In this document: positions 22,806 through 36,333 of the stretch, in pieces
Layout: every line of letters starts with the position of its first letter
Position numbering within the stretch: position 1 is the first letter of the stretch
Assembly (NCBI GenBank): GCA_047495785.1
Contig: JBLDXI010000043.1
Coordinates: 62,001-126,000 of the forward strand
Length of the DNA: 64,000 nucleotides
DNA from: Lepidodermella squamata
Taxonomy: Eukaryota > Animalia > Gastrotricha
Direction of reading: 5' to 3'
Notes under the pieces: generated by a model
The model's database searches: none
What the model was told of the DNA's origin: nothing
What the model saw: the letters and a program-made list of their open reading frames with translations, nothing else
Made by a program: the position numbers and the translations under genes

Positions 22806-25800
22806 TTAACGACGTAGTTGCCTTGGGGCTTGCGCGAGCAAAGTCACTACGTCCTGTCTATTGTTCAGTCGCGCCAAATCTAACGCATTTTGGCCCGAAC
22901 TGTTCGTTTTCTCTTCTTCAACCGCCTTCGTACTCTTGAGCATCTCGACGATCTCGCGATGGCCAGCTTGAGCAGCTAGCATGAAAGCCGTATTCCCCTC
23001 GTCGTCGGGCAAATCAATTGTAACCAACATTTTTCCATCTAATTTCAACAGAACTTCCACGCATTTCAGGTGACCGATAGTACTAGCCAGATGAAGTGCC
23101 GTTCGCCCAGCCGCGTTTTTCTTATCCGCCAAGGCTTTGGCAGCGAAGAAGCCGTCACGTCCCCGGCTGTTCTCGAATATGAATTTTGCATCGAGCAATT
23201 GTTTGACAACTGCGTGATAACCCTGTCGAGAACATACGTGGATGCACGTATCGCCCTCTGACACAGGATTCATCTGCCCCATCAACTGCGAGTTCCATTG
23301 ATAGTCGAGCAGACCTAGGCTTTGTTGTCTTGCATGCGCATACAATAGAGGAATAGCCACGCCATAATAAACATCCAGAAGGCAGGCTCCGAAAAATGAC
23401 TAGGAAATTCGATTTTAGGGGGGAAATTTGGTCTAATGAAGGCGAACCTTGTACGTTGCTCTCATCCAATCGTCCCGCTGTTTTTCCGCGGCCTTGCGTT
23501 TGCTTTGTGCTGTCTGGTGGAAATACGACAGGCAAAATTTATAATCTTGATGGCGATTTAAACGAAATTCTAGAATATTATTTCTACATCTCAGACCTGG
23601 TTAGCTCATCCGTAAAATGTTTGAAAATGCTATAAAATCTAGTTTATTAATGTGACGATTTTTTTCTATTCAGCAATATATTATTTGACCGCTGCAAAGT
23701 AAAAAGTATCTTGGCGCATTTTCTCACATTTCGAACTGTGTATGTCACATCTAAAGTGTACAATCATGTAATGTCGACAACAAAAATGGCCATTTGATGG
23801 GTACACAAAGTAAGCCTAGTCTCAAATGCCATATTGACCCAAAACGTGTAATTCGGGGCGATGAATGCGAATCTGAATTCACTTTTCTGATCAGGCGAAT
23901 CGATCGCCTAAAAGTTGATAAGCAATCGATGTTTATTGTTTATCGAAAATCGATTTGTTTGAACTTAACGTGATTGCTATATTTCTACAGTATCAAATTC
24001 GGATTCCTCACCCCGAATTACACATTCTGGTCAACATGGCACTTGACTAGACTTACTTTTTGTACCCATTAAATGTACATGTGGGTTATTGGCCATGACA
24101 TTCCAATTTCATTGGTTGAAACCGTTCGAAAAAATACCTCAGAATGACGGAGATATCGCGTTAGAAGTTTAGAGACGATTTTTTCACATTTTGAGAAAAT
24201 TTTTAAATTACTTCCTTCTGCGCACGACAAAAACTGTTTGCTCAACGTCGTTATCTCCGGATTTCTTAGCCATATTCCGTTCGAAAGAGCGAGACAAGGC
24301 GCATTTTACCCCATCATTCAATTTGAATAACAACCAAAAGTGGCGACGCGGGATATTTGTTGGCATCCTCATTTAAATTTGAATTCCAGCGCACAATTAT
24401 CGCTGACATTGATACCTGAAACTGCGAAATTCGGTATCTACGATCTACGACTCAAACTCCTTGAGGTAAATAGGTAAAGCCAGAAAGGCCTTGGCTGACC
24501 CCGGGACTCGTTTTTCTGGCTGCTGAAAATAATTAAAAAATGACTAAAGGCTCGGATAAACGGGCACACAGTTTGTCAAACATTTACTTCATACATCGAT
24601 GTTTGATGAAAATGTTTGAAATGCATTTATACGATTAAACCTGTTTGGCAAACATCGGAAAGGGTGAAAGGTCACTTCTGAGAGCTTCAAACATCAGTTT
24701 GTCAAACTTTCATTTACACTCTCAAACAATGTTTGCAAGAAAATTAGCAAAATGTATGCAAATCATCAAGAAATTAGCATAATTTATGCAAATTTATGCA
24801 AATTTATGCACATTTTGTTTAAATTATGCAAATTAGGAGAAAAATGACCTAAACGGCTAGAATGCTTTTACATTTTCGACCGCTCTGATTTGATTTTTTT
24901 CGTTGCCGCGTGACCGTAGCAATTTACGAATCAATGTGATCAGATTCCATCCATTTTTGAAGAAGCGCATGCAAGACTTCCACAGATGCCGTTCCGGCTG
25001 GCACCTTCGCAGCAGCCATAGCGCCAAATGTTTGCATGTTTGTCAAACAAAATCGCCTCCCCGAGTGATTTTGTTTGAAGTCATTTTCAACAAACTTCAC
25101 AAAAATTTTCTTTCAAACCCGTCTATTTAGACGGACAAACATGTTTGAAAGCCTTGTTGGTCTTATCAATGTTTGAACAAAAAGTTTGAACGTGTAAATG
25201 CCATGTTTCATCAAACAATGTTTGAAGTCAATGTTTGACAAACATGTTTGCCCGTTTATCCGAGCCTTAAGATGCACTTTTCACTTTGCAGTGGTCATTT
25301 GTTACAATTTTGTTTTTCAAAATTTGGATGAGCTGCAGAAACACGGTTAATTCGCAGAAAATCTGCAAAACAGCTGTTCCCAACAAACGCTAGACAATGA
25401 ATAGTTCGAACCTACAAGATGTACCTGGGCTCATTCGATACTATTTTTCAGTATTTTTAGTTTAGTATTTCTCGGCCGATTTTTTTTCGAGATTTTAGAA
25501 AGTAATTAAAATTTATCATGGGCGGATAGCGCGCTGGGTGGCATAAATTATGGCCGCTTGTCGCGCTTGTCGCGCAAATTCAGCTCGAATAAATCCACTA
25601 CAGAAAGATTGTTAGCTTCCTATCTCCTACAGTGTTGTCTATTGTTGTGTGGTTAAATGCTTGAAAATGCCTACCTCAACTTTTTCCTTCAAAGCATTGA
25701 TTTCTTCGCTTGAACGCTGATTAAGAGTTTCCAACATTCGCCTTGCTTCTTCAGCTTGAGCAGTCTGGTCAGCTAACTGTGTCCTTAAGGCATCAAGCTG

Positions 25801-28339
25801 CGAAAATGCATTACCAAAATGCATTACTGATTGTCAATTAGTATAGCGAATCTACCTCATCACGTTGCCTTCGCATTCGCTGGTGGATGTAGCTGAAGTT
25901 AGAAGTCATCGCTTGTATTTCTGGGACGTTGAAGTATTCGCATGTCATGATTTCATTCATCGTGCTACGCTCGCTTTGCTTTGTGACCAGAAGCTTGTTA
26001 ACAATCATATCGCGCAACTGCGGGTCACTGATTTGCAACGGTTGCTGATCGACGCGTCCGGATGAAAGCGGATTGAAGCTTCATAAGATAAGAGTATAGT
26101 AAAACTTTTATTGCCGTTGGAAAATGATCTCACTTTTCTTGGTTTAAGATGCCAGTCAACTCATCGGCGACCACATTTATGCGCCAGGGTAGCTCAAGGG
26201 TAGCTATTTCAACAGCGATTATGCCATATGACCAGCAATCGACGCGTGGATCTATTCTTGAGCCAGGTGCCAGGCGGAACCTTTCCGGGGCCATGTAACA
26301 GTACGTGCCAACCAGCCAGTTTTCGGAGGAACGGCACTGCGACCTTTTAAAAAAGAGCATTACATTTCAGTATTTGGCGCATGAAGTTAGGTCAACTAGG
26401 TCTCATGGGAAAAACTTTTTTACCCGACCAATGTTTCTTCCGAGAACCACAAATGTAACTAAAACCTGCCGACGTTCTTTTTCAAAATTTCAAGAAATTA
26501 TAGTATTAAAGAGACTACTCGGATCGCCACAAATCTTTCAACATGAAATTCTTTCGGTTCAGGGGCTAAAAAGGGTGCATAAAAGGGGCATGTCTCTACG
26601 AAAAAATTGATCTCAGGATAATCGAGTAAAGCGATATTTTCATGTCGGATTACCCGGTCCTTTATAGGTCCGTTTAGACTCCCTCGCGCATCATTTTCCA
26701 AGAAATCTATTCCATTAGGTATTAGGTAATTCGTTTCAAATGGATCCTGGGCCAGTCTGCCCTGGCTAATTTGCTCCTGCAGACTTTGAAATGGATTGAT
26801 ATTTTGTTACTTTTGTATGCGGTATGGCATCTTTTGCTGTTGAGCTCTCAACTTTGGGACACATGCTCGTAATAAATAAATGAATAAATAAAAAGAAATT
26901 ATTTCGAAATGGCGCCCAGGCACTACATACGATCCTAGGTTACCAGCTATCAACAGAAATAACAGTCGTATTTCACGTCGCATGCTGAGGAGTGAGACTG
27001 ATATCGGAAGAACAGTGATCATCGGCTGGCGAATCAGCAGAGTGAAAGCCGGTCTCTTCGGAAAATCGGGCAGAAGCTCCCGCCGCCCCTCCTCGGGATG
27101 TTGCTATTTTCCAAGTCAGCTTTTTCAAACAAAAATCTCGCTTTCAATTCCTAATTGGATCGTACTAATAATGCTCAAAACTACGGCAACGCTTCGCTAG
27201 GTTTTCAGAAACGCTAATTTTTCAAACCTAATTTTAAGTAATAATAGTTTTATTTTTCCTCTTCAGGACTGAGCGCCGTGTACCGTTTCCGGTTTTGAAG
27301 AGAGCGAAGGCATGCGAAGAATTATCATCACCTCCCCCCTCCCCATAGAATTCATAATTTTCAATCGAGTTGACAAGCATGTGCCATTCCTCTTTTTCGA
27401 AAGAAACCGATTCCGCTAGTTGGACGTCGAGAATAATTTTGATCTCGAAATCCTTTTCGCCGGGATTTTTTCTATTTTCTCGTTTCTTAGTGGTTTTCTT
27501 TTTCCGGCGAATTTCCTTAGTAAGACCTACTTTAATTATGCTTCTTTGCATTCCGTTGATGCATCTGGTTCGAGGTCTACCTCTGGGTGCAAACCACCCA
27601 AGCGGAGGTTGGACTATTGAAAATTAAATTAAAATAAATCTTCCTATAATTTATTTAGTGGGGCCCGTAAATCGATGATAAATGCAGATAAATGCAGAGG
27701 GGTTGCGATTATTGGGGAGCCCTGTAGGTATCGCTAGTAATTTGAATAGGCTTACGTTTCTCTCAGCTGGGCAAGGCCGAAATCCGCGACTTTCAAGCTG
27801 CGTTTGTCGGTTGTGATGAGAATGTTTTCGGGCTTCAAATCCGAATGAGTGATGCCCATGTCGTGGATGTAGGCGATAGCGTAGCCCATCTCAGCTAGCC
27901 AACGCTTTCGCAAGTTCGGTTCGAGTTGCTCGTGGTTGTTCGCAATGCGTCTGTTAAGCTCACTCCTCAAATCGCCTCCGCCACAATACTCGAGGTCCAT
28001 GATCCAGAAGTCACCATCTATAAAAGATTGAATAAATAGCTCTAACAATTGTGCCCAGTTCTCACCTTGAAAAGCATTGTAAATCCTGACGATATTAGGA
28101 TGGCTTAACATACGGAGCGACTGTGATTCCCGCAGCAAAGATTTCTCCAGGGCGGTGAATTCCACCCATGTAAGTCGCAGCCTCTTGATAGCAACCGGAT
28201 GCTTCGCCTCAGCCCGGAAAACTCCATCATTCTGACCGCCACCTATGAATTTCCCCACGAATTCATACTCAATTACATTCCCTGCCTGTCTGTTGGTAAT
28301 TGGCGAAGGCAATGGCACATTCCGTTGATCTTGCTCCAT
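22806..28339 (-). CDS. Kinase-coiled coil-ankyrin gene B1 (non-RD kinase, multi-exon, TE-expanded introns)
   Basis: IGGGQNDGVF..VAIKRL..RESQSL..HPNIV | LEYCGGG..HSDLKPENIL..VADFGLA | GTYCYMAPE..DCWSYG | ..LDALRTQLADQTAQAEEARR.. | ankyrin exon (GDTCIHVC, RTALHLASTIGH, TAFMLAAQAGH). Confidence 0.88.
23792..24075. mobile_element. Palindromic MITE-like insertion in a B1 intron
   Basis: ~85-bp imperfect inverted repeats: ATGGGTACACAAAGTAAGCCTAGT...GTGTAATTCGGGG (23798-23858) vs CCCCGAATTACAC...ACTAGACTTACTTTTTGTACCCAT (24011-24069); absent from the paralogous B2 intron. Confidence 0.7.
24548..25267. mobile_element. Non-autonomous PIF/Harbinger-type (Tourist-like) MITE, 720 bp
   Basis: TIR AGGCTCGGATAAACGGGCA / TGCCCGTTTATCCGAGCCT; TAA target-site duplication (24545-47, 25268-70); many subterminal TGTTTG/CAAACA repeats. 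Confidence 0.85.
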
Positions 28340-28535
28340 CTCAAGCAAAAAGTTAATAAAGGCTAGATATCACCAAAAACCAGACTATTCGGCATTCCCT
28401 AGAAAAAATGCATCTTATCAGTTGAGGAAACGCTTTTATGTAAAATTATGAATGACGAAATTATTACCATTAATCTTCAATCTCAAAATATTCAATACCA
28501 CAGCTTATTAGCATACTTAAAAAGAATACCAGTCC

Positions 28536-28571
28536 CATAGAGAATAGAGTTAGGTAACTCTATTCTCTATG
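28536..28571. repeat. Short perfect hairpin CATAGAGAATAGAGTT...AACTCTATTCTCTATG
   Basis: Perfect inverted repeat of at least 16 bp with a tiny loop; a related CATAGAGAA...TTCTCTATG palindrome lies at 42666-42702. Confidence 0.8.
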
Positions 28572-28938
28572 ACCAGTCCATTGTGAGCGTCGCCGTAAAA
28601 GACTAAGCTGCCATTTTCCAGCGAAGTAATCCGGAAATAGCCACCCTCGAATAATTGCATCTTTTTTGGGACCATTATCGGAGTTTCGGAAAAAATAGTA
28701 GCCATGGCTATTAGTTGAGGAAATACGGTGAGGACGATTTCTTAAAGAACACTGGATGAAAAGTTGAAAAAATGAGATTAAAATAGCATTCACAATCAGG
28801 CTTGGAAGAAAGCAGTGAAATAAGCAATGACTAAGCGCCGTGAACACGTTATTCTCCTTATTACTAAATTAATAATATTTAATTTTACGCGTTCACATCA
28901 AGCATAAAAAAATAAAAGGCATCTGAGTAGTGTACCTA

Positions 28939-28964
28939 TAGTAGTAGTAGTAGTAGTAGTAGTA
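28939..28964. repeat. (TAG)n microsatellite
   Basis: About 8 TAG units. Confidence 0.85.
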
Positions 28965-29629
28965 ATACATACTTTTATGTGTGCCGAAATGATTCATCAA
29001 GAGTTCTTGCTTTCTAGTCGCGTAACCAGTTTTTCACTAGGCAAGAACTGAATTTACCTCCGATGACGTTGTTCTTCAATTCTTCTGCTGCAATTGGCTC
29101 TGCGGAATTTTTCAGAAATGAAAAAAAAACAATTTGTTTTGCGAATTCTCTCTATCCCACTGTATCAAATTAGCCCGGTGAAGAATATATTCCGATTTAG
29201 CGATTTTTTTTCTGGGCTCGGTAAATTAATATTTTCTTGAATATGGCTGAACAAAGCAACGCGGTTAGAGAAATTCAATGTTTTACGGCTGAAAATAATC
29301 GTAGAATCGAAATGCATGTGTAATTGGACAAATTTGATATTGTCGGATAGAGGAAATTATCACCATGGATAAACTTATTTGTTTCAAAATATTCAAAAAA
29401 TTTCCGGAACAGCCAGCCGCAGAAGAATGGTAATTTTGCCAAAATAACGCCAAAATATAGCGAATTTTTGCGAATTTTACAAAATTGTCCACGACAGAAT
29501 CCAAAGTGTGCTTCTTAACATTAGATAGACGGTCACTTTTAGTATTCATGCGCAGAAATGAATTTTTTTTGAAAAAGATACCTGTTGATTTTTGAAAATA
29601 ATCAGATTTATAAGAAATATACTTCAACT

Positions 29630-30047
29630 TGCATCTAATTTACTTCTTTCCACATCTAATATATTTTTATCTGCATCTAACGCATTTTTTAAAATACCTT
29701 TCGACTTCCAACTCAGGATATTACCCGATTTGAAAATAATTCGGTGCCAATAGATCGGTAATGATGAGATGCAGCTATGGACCGCAAATAATTGACAAAT
29801 GTCCGAAAAATTAAGCCAACAATCACAATCAAAAATTAATTTTCTTCGTGATTTTCCAAAGTAAACTTGAAATGTGCAGTGATTGGGAGGTCGCTATCAG
29901 GTCAAGGAGACATCACGTGAGCGACGCTCAAATATTGGCCCCAATATTAGATTCCTTATTTATGCAGGAAGGATAATGCTGAAAAAAGTACCGTTAGATA
30001 CAGAAAAAAGATATTAGATGCCAAAAAGAGTAAATTAGATGAAAATT
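29630..30047. repeat. Imperfect inverted repeat pair (probable MITE remnant)
   Basis: GCATCTAATTTAC...CATCTAATAT...GCATCTAACG (29631-29681) mirrored by CGTTAGATAC...ATATTAGATG...GTAAATTAGATG (29992-30041). Confidence 0.55.
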
Positions 30048-33000
30048 AACGTATGGTCCATTTATAATTGCCGGATAAAAAGTGGTCGCGTGCGGCACTC
30101 TTTTCTAATTCAGCTCTAATAATTTCACTAAAATTGAAAAATTGTTAGTTCCGTATATGTTACCGCGTTGTCTATGCATATTATTATAGATAAAAGATAG
30201 GAAGAGTGAGCATTTTTCTTAAGCATTTTTCTTAGCTGTCGATACGAGATTTAAAAGCAACACACTTGTTGACAAATCAGTCAGCAAAAAAATCCACTCC
30301 ATCGCTACGCTATCCCGTTCATTTTTTGCTGCCTTGTTTAGCAACATCTTCACTCGATTTTTACGCTATCTTGTTGAGATCGTGCACTCGTGCACTTTTT
30401 GCAGCCCGTATTAACATGATCACTCCATTCATGGATACTATTAAAAATCATAATCTATGCACTTGAAGCCATGATTCATTTGGCGATTTTTTGCAAAATG
30501 TTCGAATTTTTCTACCGGCCGAAAATTTGAATTGCATGGATGCTGGATCTTCGTGCCCTATTCTTCCACGTCGAAATTAAAAGGACAAATCTTGTTGCGG
30601 TACGTGCGCGATTTTTAAATTAAATTATGAAATTGATGGGATTTTTTATTTCAATTTTTCATGCTATTTTCATACATCAAACAGTGGCTCAGGGTGGTGG
30701 GCATGCCGAAAAAAATAGATTGTCGAAAAACCGTCAATAAACTGGCGAAAATATTGAAAAATGTGAATAAGTTGTAGAAAAATAGTACAATGGTTGATAA
30801 ATAATTTTTTAATTTATCTTAACCCGAATTAGTCATCGAATAGTAAAAAAACTGTTAAAAAAGCAGAAAATTAATTCCATAATAATATAATGTAAACATT
30901 ATTAAAAAGGGGACGTCTCATAATCACTCGAGCATAATAGTTAAACTTCCTACTGGGCGCTGTTTCTAAACGTAGCTGCAACGAATCAGGCTTGCGCCGT
31001 GTTAGCGCGCGCGCACACTATAACTAATAAGCCATCCCGCGTGCGCGCTTATTCTGAGAAGACCAGGATGAAGGCGCATCCTCCACCCCCTCCCAGGCGC
31101 CGTTATGTCCTAACCCACCCATGGACGGGGTCATGCCGAGACCATAACTCGAAGAAACCCATGGTCTCACCATAACTTTTATGGCCAAGTCTTCCGCTCG
31201 CCTTTCAAATTCCTTCGATCTGATCGCGCCCGTCAGACAATCTTGGATTTCATAGCTATACCAATAACATATCAATATATCAATAACACAAATGCTGGCA
31301 TTTCAGTTTATTGATAGAAAATCAGTCAAAGGTGTCAGTCATTGGGACTAGACGTGCTAAGTGTCAGTTGAAGACGTTCAGCGAACTTCGGCTGGAATTT
31401 CGGCATTGATTATCGTGGTCATCCCATTACAGTCTCTCCTCCGTTTTCATCGCTCGAGGGCGTCGAGTAGAAACAAGCAGAGCTTATAACGAAGCAATTA
31501 CGGTCCCCAATTTTGATGGCGCGTTTCCTATTTTCGAGCTAATTCGCGGCCGGTTTCCGATTGCATTCATTCAGAAGAGTTGTTAATTCTAAACGCATTT
31601 TCAAATGTATCGCTCCTTGAGAGAATGTCGGCTGATATCCAGTTTGCCTTACTCACGGCCAAGTCATACGGTGTCTCTCCTTTCAAATTCCTTAGGTCAG
31701 ACCGCGCCCCGCGCTTAACCAGGTACTCGACGATGCGATGGCTGCTCCATGCGGCAGCATGATGCAGCGCCGTATCGCCCTCGTGGTCGGCTTCATCGAT
31801 GTCAGCCAGCCTAAAGCCTTCCAGTTCGCATAACAGCTTCACGCATTCTAAGCTATTGGCAGTGCAAGCTGCTTGCAAAGCAGTGAAATCGAACTTGGTT
31901 TTTCTGTTTACACAGCTTCGCAGCCGCTGCATCGCCTCTTCAAATGAATGTCCGCCCTGAGTCATCTCGAGGTGGACTTTCAGCAAGATCAGCAACCTCA
32001 CAGCATCGAAGTTGTTGAATGCAATACTTAGATGAAGAGGGGTCTGTCCTTCATCAATTATCAAGTTGTTAGGATTTTCCGGCAGTGTGTCGTGAATCGA
32101 CGCGTCATAGCCAGCTGCGATTAGCTGCAGGGCGATTGGACTTTGTAGACAGAGGTTGAGCGAGATTATTTCACCAGAAGCGCAGCAATGAAAGAACAAC
32201 TGATGGGGAGTGTGATGTGTGATCAAGTAAAAAGTAGAATTCAAGAGCAAACTTTCTCGTGCTCGGTCTTGAATTTCGTATAGGTTTCGATAGCATCCGA
32301 CTCCATCGCTGCTTCATCCTGATAAACAAATGAAGAAAATTGAATACTCATTTGATTCATATTGAATTGATGAAATACTCACCAAAACCTCTTTATTTAA
32401 ATCAGCAGCTTGGCTGTTAAATTCAGCCTCGATAGCATTTTCGTCCAGCGAATACTGTTGCGTTATATTGAGAGCTTGTATTTACACATTTTTGAAGCGC
32501 TTACCTTTTCTTGCAAGTTTTTTTCATCTGAGATTCTCTTCTTAAGATCAGCCTGAAAAGAGGTTAACGAGTATATAATGAAAAATCTTTTTGATTAACG
32601 AATGCACATACTATCTTTCTAATGTCCAACATCTGGTTGTTAAGCATGCCATTTCTGCCAATAACTTCATCAACAGCCTCGCCGGAGAAAAAGTCATCGC
32701 CTATCACCGAAACCATGTCGCTTCTCACAGCTTGGTCTCTCACCAATAATCGATTCACAATTAACGATCTCAGGGGCGGATTATTGATTGAATCCAATCG
32801 TGGTATAGTCAAATTTCTTGGAACCAAAGCAATTCGAATATCCGCCCATGGCGTCTGAAGAAGCACCAGTTCGTAAGCAACGATTCCGAATTTCCAGACG
32901 TCAGTTTTGTGATGACTTTTTGAATAGGCAGTGATATTCAATTCCTCTGGGGACAGGTATGGCAGGGTTCCTACTGCCGAGTTAGAATCGACCCGGCCCA

Positions 33001-34159
33001 GGAGAATTAGGGCTTTTTTAATCGGCCAAGATCAGCCAAGATCAACAAAGACTATTATCTTTTATGATCTTGGTAAGTCTTGGAAAGATTCTTGTAGACG
33101 CTTTTTAAGCCAATCTAAGTAAATCTTGGAAGATATTAAACGAACTTGGAAGAAATACCTGAAAGCCGAGATATTTAGTTCTATAAAACAATCCGACGTT
33201 TTTCAACAATGTAGCTCACTTGAAAACGTTCTTAACGCCGCAAATTTGATTGCGTCCTGAAAACGCCCAAAAACGTTCAAGTCCTAAAAACCTGCAGCAA
33301 GTTATAATTAAATATAAATGTTTAGCATTCAATTTATTTTGAAAAATATTTATCAGTAACATTATTTTAATAATTATATATAAATAAATAAATTGCAAGT
33401 ATGAATGAATTTTTTGAAATTCGAAATTCCAACGGTCCACGTTGCGGTTTGCGGTGGCCTCCCTAATTCTCAACTCATACTCACTTCTGGTAACACGTAG
33501 CACTAGTTTTCCCGTAGCGATACATATCTCGCGTTATACATCATGTCGAAACTCGCTCTTAGAGCTCCATTAAAACCATCGTTATCATTCATTACTTCTC
33601 AATTTTAGGTGAAATAGTTAGAACTAATAGGCTTGGTAGCGCAGCGCAGCCGACGTCTACCTCCGCTGTCTATAACCGTAGCGGCCGTCCAGCTGCTCCT
33701 AACTCGAATACGCAGGAACATGCGGCGACCAGCGGCGATGGTGCAAACTCGTTACCTCCGACAAGTCCAGCAGACTCATCTTCAAGTAATTACCAACAAG
33801 GTTTGCTTTTCTTCTACCCACGAGCGTGTTATTATACTACGTTATGTTTAGATTCTCTCCAAGCCAGTCAAAATTCTCCTCCACTGCTAGCTCATGATTC
33901 TTTCCTTGGCCAACAAGGTCGGTGGCACTGTTTTAATTTCGCTTATTTCTCATCTGCTCGTATTATTAATAGAACCAAGCGACATTGCATCTCTTCCAGA
34001 CATTGATAACCACGGCATAATCAATGATGGTGATGGGGGTGTTGACTATGACCATGCTGAAAGGGCTCCCAGTAACTCGTTCGATGCCGATGATCATCTC
34101 ATTGACCTTGGTATTTACTTTGTAAATGTCTTGTGTTGTTTATACATCGTAACTTTAGG

Positions 34160-36333
34160 AAATGGATCGGCTAATTTTGCTGAAGATCTGGACGCCATCC
34201 ATTTTGACATGGTTGAGTTTTTTGCAGAGCACCTATCACTGCTGACTGGCATGTCAACGGGGTGCAGAATTTTTCAGTCTTACTGTCGAAATTTCGGCGT
34301 TGATTCTGGATTTGTGAGCGATTTGCGCAAGATTCTGCGACGTGATGGCATCATCGTACCTGACTGTGCCGAGGAAGCTCGTCGAATCGGCCGTTTGCTA
34401 AATTCGGAAGTGTTAACTCACTGCATCGAATGCAGCTGCGCAGCTGATGGTGACATTTGTCGAAATGGCGATTGCTGCTATCGGGGCGAAGATCACGCGA
34501 ACAATTCGAAGAAAATTCGGATTGTTTACTGTCACGTCTCCCATCAATTGGGCATGGTCATTCGTCGAAATCGTCATCTTTTCGACGAAAAAGATCAATC
34601 AATCTCAATCAATCTCAACACAGATGGGGCACCTCTGGCGCGTAAGAATCGCCTGGCAGTTTGGCCTGTTCTTGCCACAATCAATGCAATTCCTACGCCG
34701 GCCCGCTTCAAGAAGCGTAACATGCTATTGCTCGGATTTTGGTCTGCAGTGAGAAAGCCGAAGGACGAGGTTGAATGGCGATTCTACCTGGAGCCAATCT
34801 TGAAGGCGATTCGGTCTACCTATGTTTTGCGAATCGAAGAAGAGGTCACGGTCACTGTTAGGATGAACATCAATGTTATAATTGGCGATCTTCCTGCATT
34901 GGCCGCGATTCTCAATTTCATTGCACACAACGGGCACTGGGGCTGCTTATTCTGCTATCAAAAAGGCGAGAAACTTACCGAGGCTGAGCTGAAAAAGGTA
35001 CTAGTTCGCAAGTATCTTGCTGTGCCAGCCGAGCAAAGGACAGCGGAGTCGTTTGCGGAAGATCGGCGGTTACGCCGCCATGGATGCAAAGGAGATTGCT
35101 GTTTCGACGATGATGAGGATGTTGTTCTTCCAAATCAAGTCGGCATTGATTACGTTCATCAATCTATCGAGGTTAGTTTTTTCGCCTATTTCTTTATTAA
35201 TTTCTTAATAATTTTAATTCCAGGGTGTTTACAAAAATTTCATCGTCCGCTGGCTTCCTCCAAACCCTATGTTAGGACTCGAAAGCCGCACCGTACTCGA
35301 AGATTCCATTGCTAGAATGCAACTGCCCGTTTGTATGGAGTCTCTGCGTCTGCCCCTGTTGAGTCATTTCGACAGTTCGTATCGTGCGAAGCATACGAAG
35401 GTGCTAGTTCTTATCCTCGGTCCGCCCGCTTTGTACCGACTACTCTCTGACGCAGTCTACTTCCATTACATCAGCTACACTCTCGCCATTCGACTGTTGC
35501 TGAGTCCAGCACTGCCTGATACTTTCGAAGAGCGCGGCGAATACGCCGATCTTGCCTATCGCCTCTTACGACTGTACCAGAGAGAGCTAGGGAGTCTTTA
35601 CGGCCGAGACAGCGAAGTCCAAAATCCTCACCTCGCCATGCACTTACCGGATCGCGCGCAGCTATTTGGTCGACTCTCGGAATTTTCCACTTTCACATTT
35701 GAAGGAATGATCGCCCATTTGAAAAAGTGCTATCATGGGACACGCTATCAAATCGAGCAAATGGCCCGCTTTGCCGGGTTGAAAATGTTGCTTGAAGAAA
35801 AGCCTCTTCCTTCGAATTCAAAGCTGTCGACAGCTAAAATTCCTCGCGAGATCCGCAAGCTGCTCGAAAACAACCCGGGCGGCGAATTCTATTCAAAAAT
35901 AACTTTCAAATCGAACGTAATTTCCGCCCGTCTTCGATCGCGTGGTGCGAAACCGAAGTTACCCCGGTCCTACGCCCTCCGAGCTCACAATCGGCGCATA
36001 TACGACGTCCATTGCTTCTATCAAGAAGCAAACGGCGGGTCTTTATTGGCTATCGTGCGGGAGATCCCAATAATTGTTGAAGACTATTTGTTTTCAATCG
36101 TTCGCGCCGCTGCATTGTCTCCTTGGGCTTCGGAGCTGGTGAAGCAGCTGTACAGCTGTTGCTGCGATGACATCATGAGATCTGAAACTCAAAAATTCAG
36201 CTCAGTTGACTCGAATATTCAAACTCCTTTCGTATGCTTGAACATCGGTGCTGTGATCTGCCCGGTCGCCATCATTAACACGAAGAATTCCTCCATTGCT
36301 GTTGACATCGAGCTGGACGACGAAATTTTCTAG
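34160..36333 (+). CDS. EnSpm/CACTA-type transposase (core exons ~34160-35171, 35224-36333; additional 5' exons uncertain)
   Basis: INLNTDGAPL..VWPVLATIN..RFKKRNMLLLGFW..KP; IGDLPALAAILNFIAHNGHWGCLFC; IDYVHQSIE|GVYK (in-frame splice); HLAMHL..FGRL..STFTFEG..LKK..HGT. Confidence 0.88.

Noticed and set aside
27234-27551. Possible chromodomain-like ORF (FEIKIILD) in a B1 intron
   Set aside because: Only a short resemblance with no downstream chromodomain residues; likely TE debris.
27752-28348. Single-exon 198-aa kinase ORF
   Set aside because: It reads through a stop-free 3n intron (GTGAG...TATAG); the B2 paralog has a stop in the same intron.
30891-31290. Possible solo LTR (TG...CA)
   Set aside because: No TSD or second copy; part of it is explained by an ankyrin relic.
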